DNA of 63,552 bases, filler included, from Diploschistes diacapsis (taxonomy: Eukaryota): the NCBI GenBank assembly GCA_023645945.1. It is 14 parts of 14 records of this genome, joined end to end, with 100 filler letters (N's around TTAATTAATTAA, not from the genome) between each part and the next. Parts side by side here need not be neighbours in the genome. Positions count along the whole stretch, not along the records: positions 62,026 to 63,552 come from JALAIB010002942.1; 13 more parts are not named here. The stretch is one strand, 5' to 3'. Below, one piece after another: positions 62,089-63,552 of this stretch (position 1 is the stretch's first letter; every line of letters starts with the position of its first letter). The position numbers and the translations under genes are program-made. The notes beneath the pieces are model-generated. The model searched no databases. It had not been told where the DNA came from and saw only the letters and a list, made by a program, of their open reading frames with translations.

Positions 62089-62674
62089 TGTAACAGCGGG
62101 GAGAAGTGCCTAATAGGTAGCGCTATCCCACGGAGCCAAAAGACTAATCACAATACTTTCAGGAACCCCGAAGCACTGTTTCCCTATTACACTATATGTA
62201 GGTGCGTGGCTGTGGTAGTAGGTAGCAGATGTGTAACCCCGCAGACCTTACAACTATCTCTTCTTCCTATAATGCTGGTCTCCAACGCACTGACTAACCC
62301 CGTACCTACCACGTCTTATATAGCGTCCCGGGTATATTAGATACCCTAAACCGTTTATCGTAATTATTTATAATAACTTAAAGGCCTTTAAATATATTCA
62401 TTACGTTCCCGAATAGATCTATATCTATAAATAATAATAATACGCAATTAATTCGATTTATAAATAATAAGACTATGCTCGAACTAACGATCTAAGAACT
62501 GAAAGCATAACTATAACAATAAAAAAAATGCTTAATAAATAACGCTATCCTACTAAGCCAAAAGACTAACCACAATGCTTTCAAGAACCCCGAAGCACTA
62601 TTTCCCTATTACACTATATGTAGGTGCGTGGCTGTGGCAGCAGGTGGCAGATGTGTAACCCCGCAGGCCTTACA
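62089..62674 (-). mobile_element. TRIM-like non-autonomous LTR retrotransposon (586 bp)
   Basis: Direct repeats 62089-62252 and 62512-62674 (TGTAA...TTACA); 259-bp non-coding interior; PPT GGAAGAAGAGATAG on the minus strand next to 62252; TSD ATATA at 62084-62088 and 62675-62679. Confidence 0.88.
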
Positions 62675-62849
62675 ATATACGTATGAGTTCGAATTATTGC
62701 TGTTAATTCTCTTTTTTTAAAATAGGTACAACCCGTTTCTTAAATAAGATGTCGTTCATCTTATTATTATTTTTATAAATAAAGAAAATATATTAAATAA
62801 ATAACTCGTAATTAATAAGTAATTAATAAATAATGTAAAAGGTGATTTT

Positions 62850-63552
62850 TTATAATAGAAATAAAAGTAATCGATTAGATTTAGTAGCGGTTTAGTTGAA
62901 TTTCGATGATTAATAAATGGTCGAGTGGGTCTAGAAATAATTCGGCTGGATCTTGGTGAGTATTGAAGATATCGAGATGATTTAACGGCGATAGGTTGAA
63001 TATCGATGATTATCGAAAGATCGAATCGGTCTAACGATAATAAAATTGGATATCGATTATTATCGGTGTCGAAGCGGTTTAATAATAATTTAATTGAACT
63101 TCGATAATTAATAAGAGATTTAATCAGATCTAACAGCGTAAATAATGATCCTGTTAAATATTAAAAATTATCGGAAAGTATCGAGTCGGTTCAATAACGA
63201 TAAAGCTGGATATCGATCATTATCGGAAATATCGAGATGGTTTAACGTGGTTTAATTAATTTTTAATAATGGATAAGGTCGAAAAGGTTTAATAACGACG
63301 GTAGCGATTCTATTAAATTTTAAGAATTAATAAGAAATTCGATTAGATTTAATAGAAAAGGTAACGATTCTATTAGATATCGAAAGTTATTAAAATGATC
63401 GATAAGGTTTAGCGTGGTTTAGCTGAGCTTCGATATTATTAAAAAAAGAAGAAGGAAAGGTTTTTCTTTGGCCTATATAGATGAATCTAGATCCAAATAT
63501 TTCTTATTTAAGCTTATTTTTGGCCAGCGTAATAAGGGCCCGCGTTCTTTTA
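62850..63552. repeat. Second copy of the palindromic-unit array plus its flank
   Basis: Same units and same downstream flank as 33570-34310, with an independent set of transitions. Confidence 0.7.

Overview
Fragmented genome assembly of a filamentous ascomycete (Pezizomycotina; short GT-AG introns with CTRAC/CTAAT branch sites). The window is not contiguous. It is 14 contigs joined by artificial 100-bp linkers (44 N + TTAATTAATTAA + 44 N): two ~22-kb gene-bearing contigs (1-21972, 36743-58671) and twelve 1527-1534-bp contigs. Contig 1 encodes two uncharacterised proteins, a 10-exon secreted amidase (one GC-AG intron), an INSIG-family protein, ADE16/17 and a secreted A1 aspartic protease. The second large contig encodes a CDH-type cytochrome + cytochrome b561 membrane protein divergent from an MFS transporter, a relic of an MgtA-type Mg2+ P-type ATPase, a probable GPI-anchored protein, DOP1/dopA, an F-box-like pseudogene and MIC26. 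Eleven small contigs are AT-rich, RIP-mutated nests of transposons: Fot1/pogo-type ends, chromovirus 3' ends, a copia RT relic, a LINE relic, hAT-like ends, solo LTRs and MITEs. The twelfth small contig is a frameshifted sugar-porter pseudogene. The most unusual structures are a complete 586-bp TRIM-like element with TSD, a foldback MITE family, a snap-back palindrome of a LINE, a loop-less ~286-bp palindrome ahead of a gag-like relic, and a conserved array of palindromic ~50-60-bp units. I cannot demonstrate a novel multi-gene system from sequence alone; these are the best leads. Family assignments come from motif recognition by eye, not from database searches.
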